64,000 nt of DNA, taken from the NCBI RefSeq assembly GCF_036321535.1, contig NC_087447.1:34908001-34972000 (forward strand), given 5' to 3'. The stretch's first letter is position 1, and each line of letters begins with the position of its first letter. Shown here in pieces: positions 62,563-64,000 of this stretch. The notes below the pieces were generated by a model. It saw only the letters and a program-made list of their open reading frames with translations, searched no databases and had not been told where the DNA came from. Made by a program: the position numbers and the translations under genes. The stretch is from Camelus dromedarius (taxonomy: Eukaryota).

Positions 62563-63949
62563 AGACTCATCCCAGAGCCTCCATGGACCTCACCTGTGGG
62601 AGAGAAGGCCTGTATTAACTGAGAAGCAAGCAACGCCTGACACACTGGATGATGACAGCATTTTTAGGAGCTTAACGGGCCCTGTCTAAGCATTCTGCAC
62701 GCATGTCATGTAAAAACTTCGTGTGAGGGTCAAAATTAACTTCTTCTCCATAAGTAACCTCTCAGGTGTAGACACAGTTATCCCCGCTTCACAAATGAGG
62801 AAACTGAGGCACGGAAAAGTCAAGTATCTTACTTAAGATCAGGCAGCCAGTGAGGGAGCCTTGGTTCATACTCAGGGAGCCCAGCCCCAAAGCCTGAGCT
62901 TTGTGGCATCTTTGATGAGCCATTAATACACAATCGAACTCTAGCCCATTTTTCATTTATTTTTTTGAGAATATATCTTGAATATCTGCATGGTGTCAGG
63001 TAGAGTATTAAATACAGGAAACAGAACATTCACATCAGAAGCTGTACACCCAGTGGTCTCAATAAAGCCTGGGCCTGCTGTGGAGGCAAAGTGAGTTTGA
63101 AGCCTGCTTCTGCCAACTTACCAACTGGGTGACCTTGAGCGAGTGACTCAGTCTCTCCAAGTCCTAATATCATGTGTAGGAGGGGGAGGAGAACTGTGTT
63201 TAGCTCATAGGGTTGTAGTGAGAAGTGAATAATGATGTCATGCACACACAGCACCTGGCACAGTATCTAGCTCTCAGGACGCGCTCGAAGGAAGGAGGCT
63301 GCCTTGACTGTAAACCAGTTTGTGTACAGGTAGCTCCGTGTGAGGTGGGGATACAGACATCAATAGATAATCACCAAGCAGAGCATGAGAACAGAAGAGG
63401 AAGATAGCCAGTTCTTCCTTAGGGAGTAAGGGGGTTTCTCCTGAGGGAGGGGTCACATTTGAACAGGGTCTTAAGGGTTTTCCAAGCAGACAAGGGAAAA
63501 GAGGGCTTTTCCACTGAGGGGGAAAGTACATCCCAAGGCATTATAGGTAGGAGTGAGCGTCAAGCAGAATGGAAATACCGAAACACCTCCCTCCCCAAGA
63601 GGTGTGACCATGCCTTCACATTTGTAATTGCCTGTTTTCTTGTAAATTAAACGTATACCTGGGGAAGGGGGTTGGTTGTAGAAACGGAGCAGAAGGGGGT
63701 GTTTTCAGAATCTGAGAGCAGAGGGTTAAAACAGATGACCTTTGAACTCTGAAATCCCTTCTCTTCCATTGATATTCCTCTGGACTCCTGTTCACCACAC
63801 AGATAGGACTGTCTGCAGTAGATACTAATCAGCACAGATGAGCTTGGCCTCCATTGGTGACTGGCTGTGGTGGGAACTCCCTCACCACTTGAAGGTTGGG
63901 CAGCTTCTGCCCCAGGATCCCTGGACCAAGGCTGTTTCCCTGGTACTGG

Positions 63950-63968
63950 GAGCGCCCTCTGCTGGTTC
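63950..63968 (-). promoter_or_regulatory. CTCF motif
   Basis: Minus strand reads gaaCCAGCAGAGGGCGCTc, a consensus CTCF core. Confidence 0.7.
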
Positions 63969-64000
63969 ACTGCTGCTCCACCACTTCCACCTCAACCTTG

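Overview
Mammalian genomic DNA, most likely a camelid (two Vic-1-type tRNA-derived SINEs and lineage-type L1 3' ends). The window is repeat-rich (L1, L2, MIR, MaLR/ERVL LTRs, hAT and Tigger remnants). It has one open protein-coding gene, a Mas-related GPCR of the MRGPRX type (+ strand). Its usual start codon reads TTG (15750), but an 11-nt coding micro-exon at 13854-13864 splices in frame and gives a 342-aa protein. The receptor has Cys in place of the conserved Arg3.50 (STERC->STECC). Around it are relics of a Mas-related GPCR cluster: a decayed minus-strand pseudogene at ~4952-5473, and an orphan duplicate of the promoter/micro-exon unit at ~20050-21915 with no coding exon but a nearly identical ETS/GATA block. 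A CpG island at ~49.6-50.8 kb holds a non-coding first exon, probably PTPN5 (STEP) by synteny; the rest of the window is its first intron. Three strong CTCF motifs partition the locus. No prokaryote-type systems or CRISPR arrays are present. Repeat subfamily names and most repeat boundaries are by eye and approximate.
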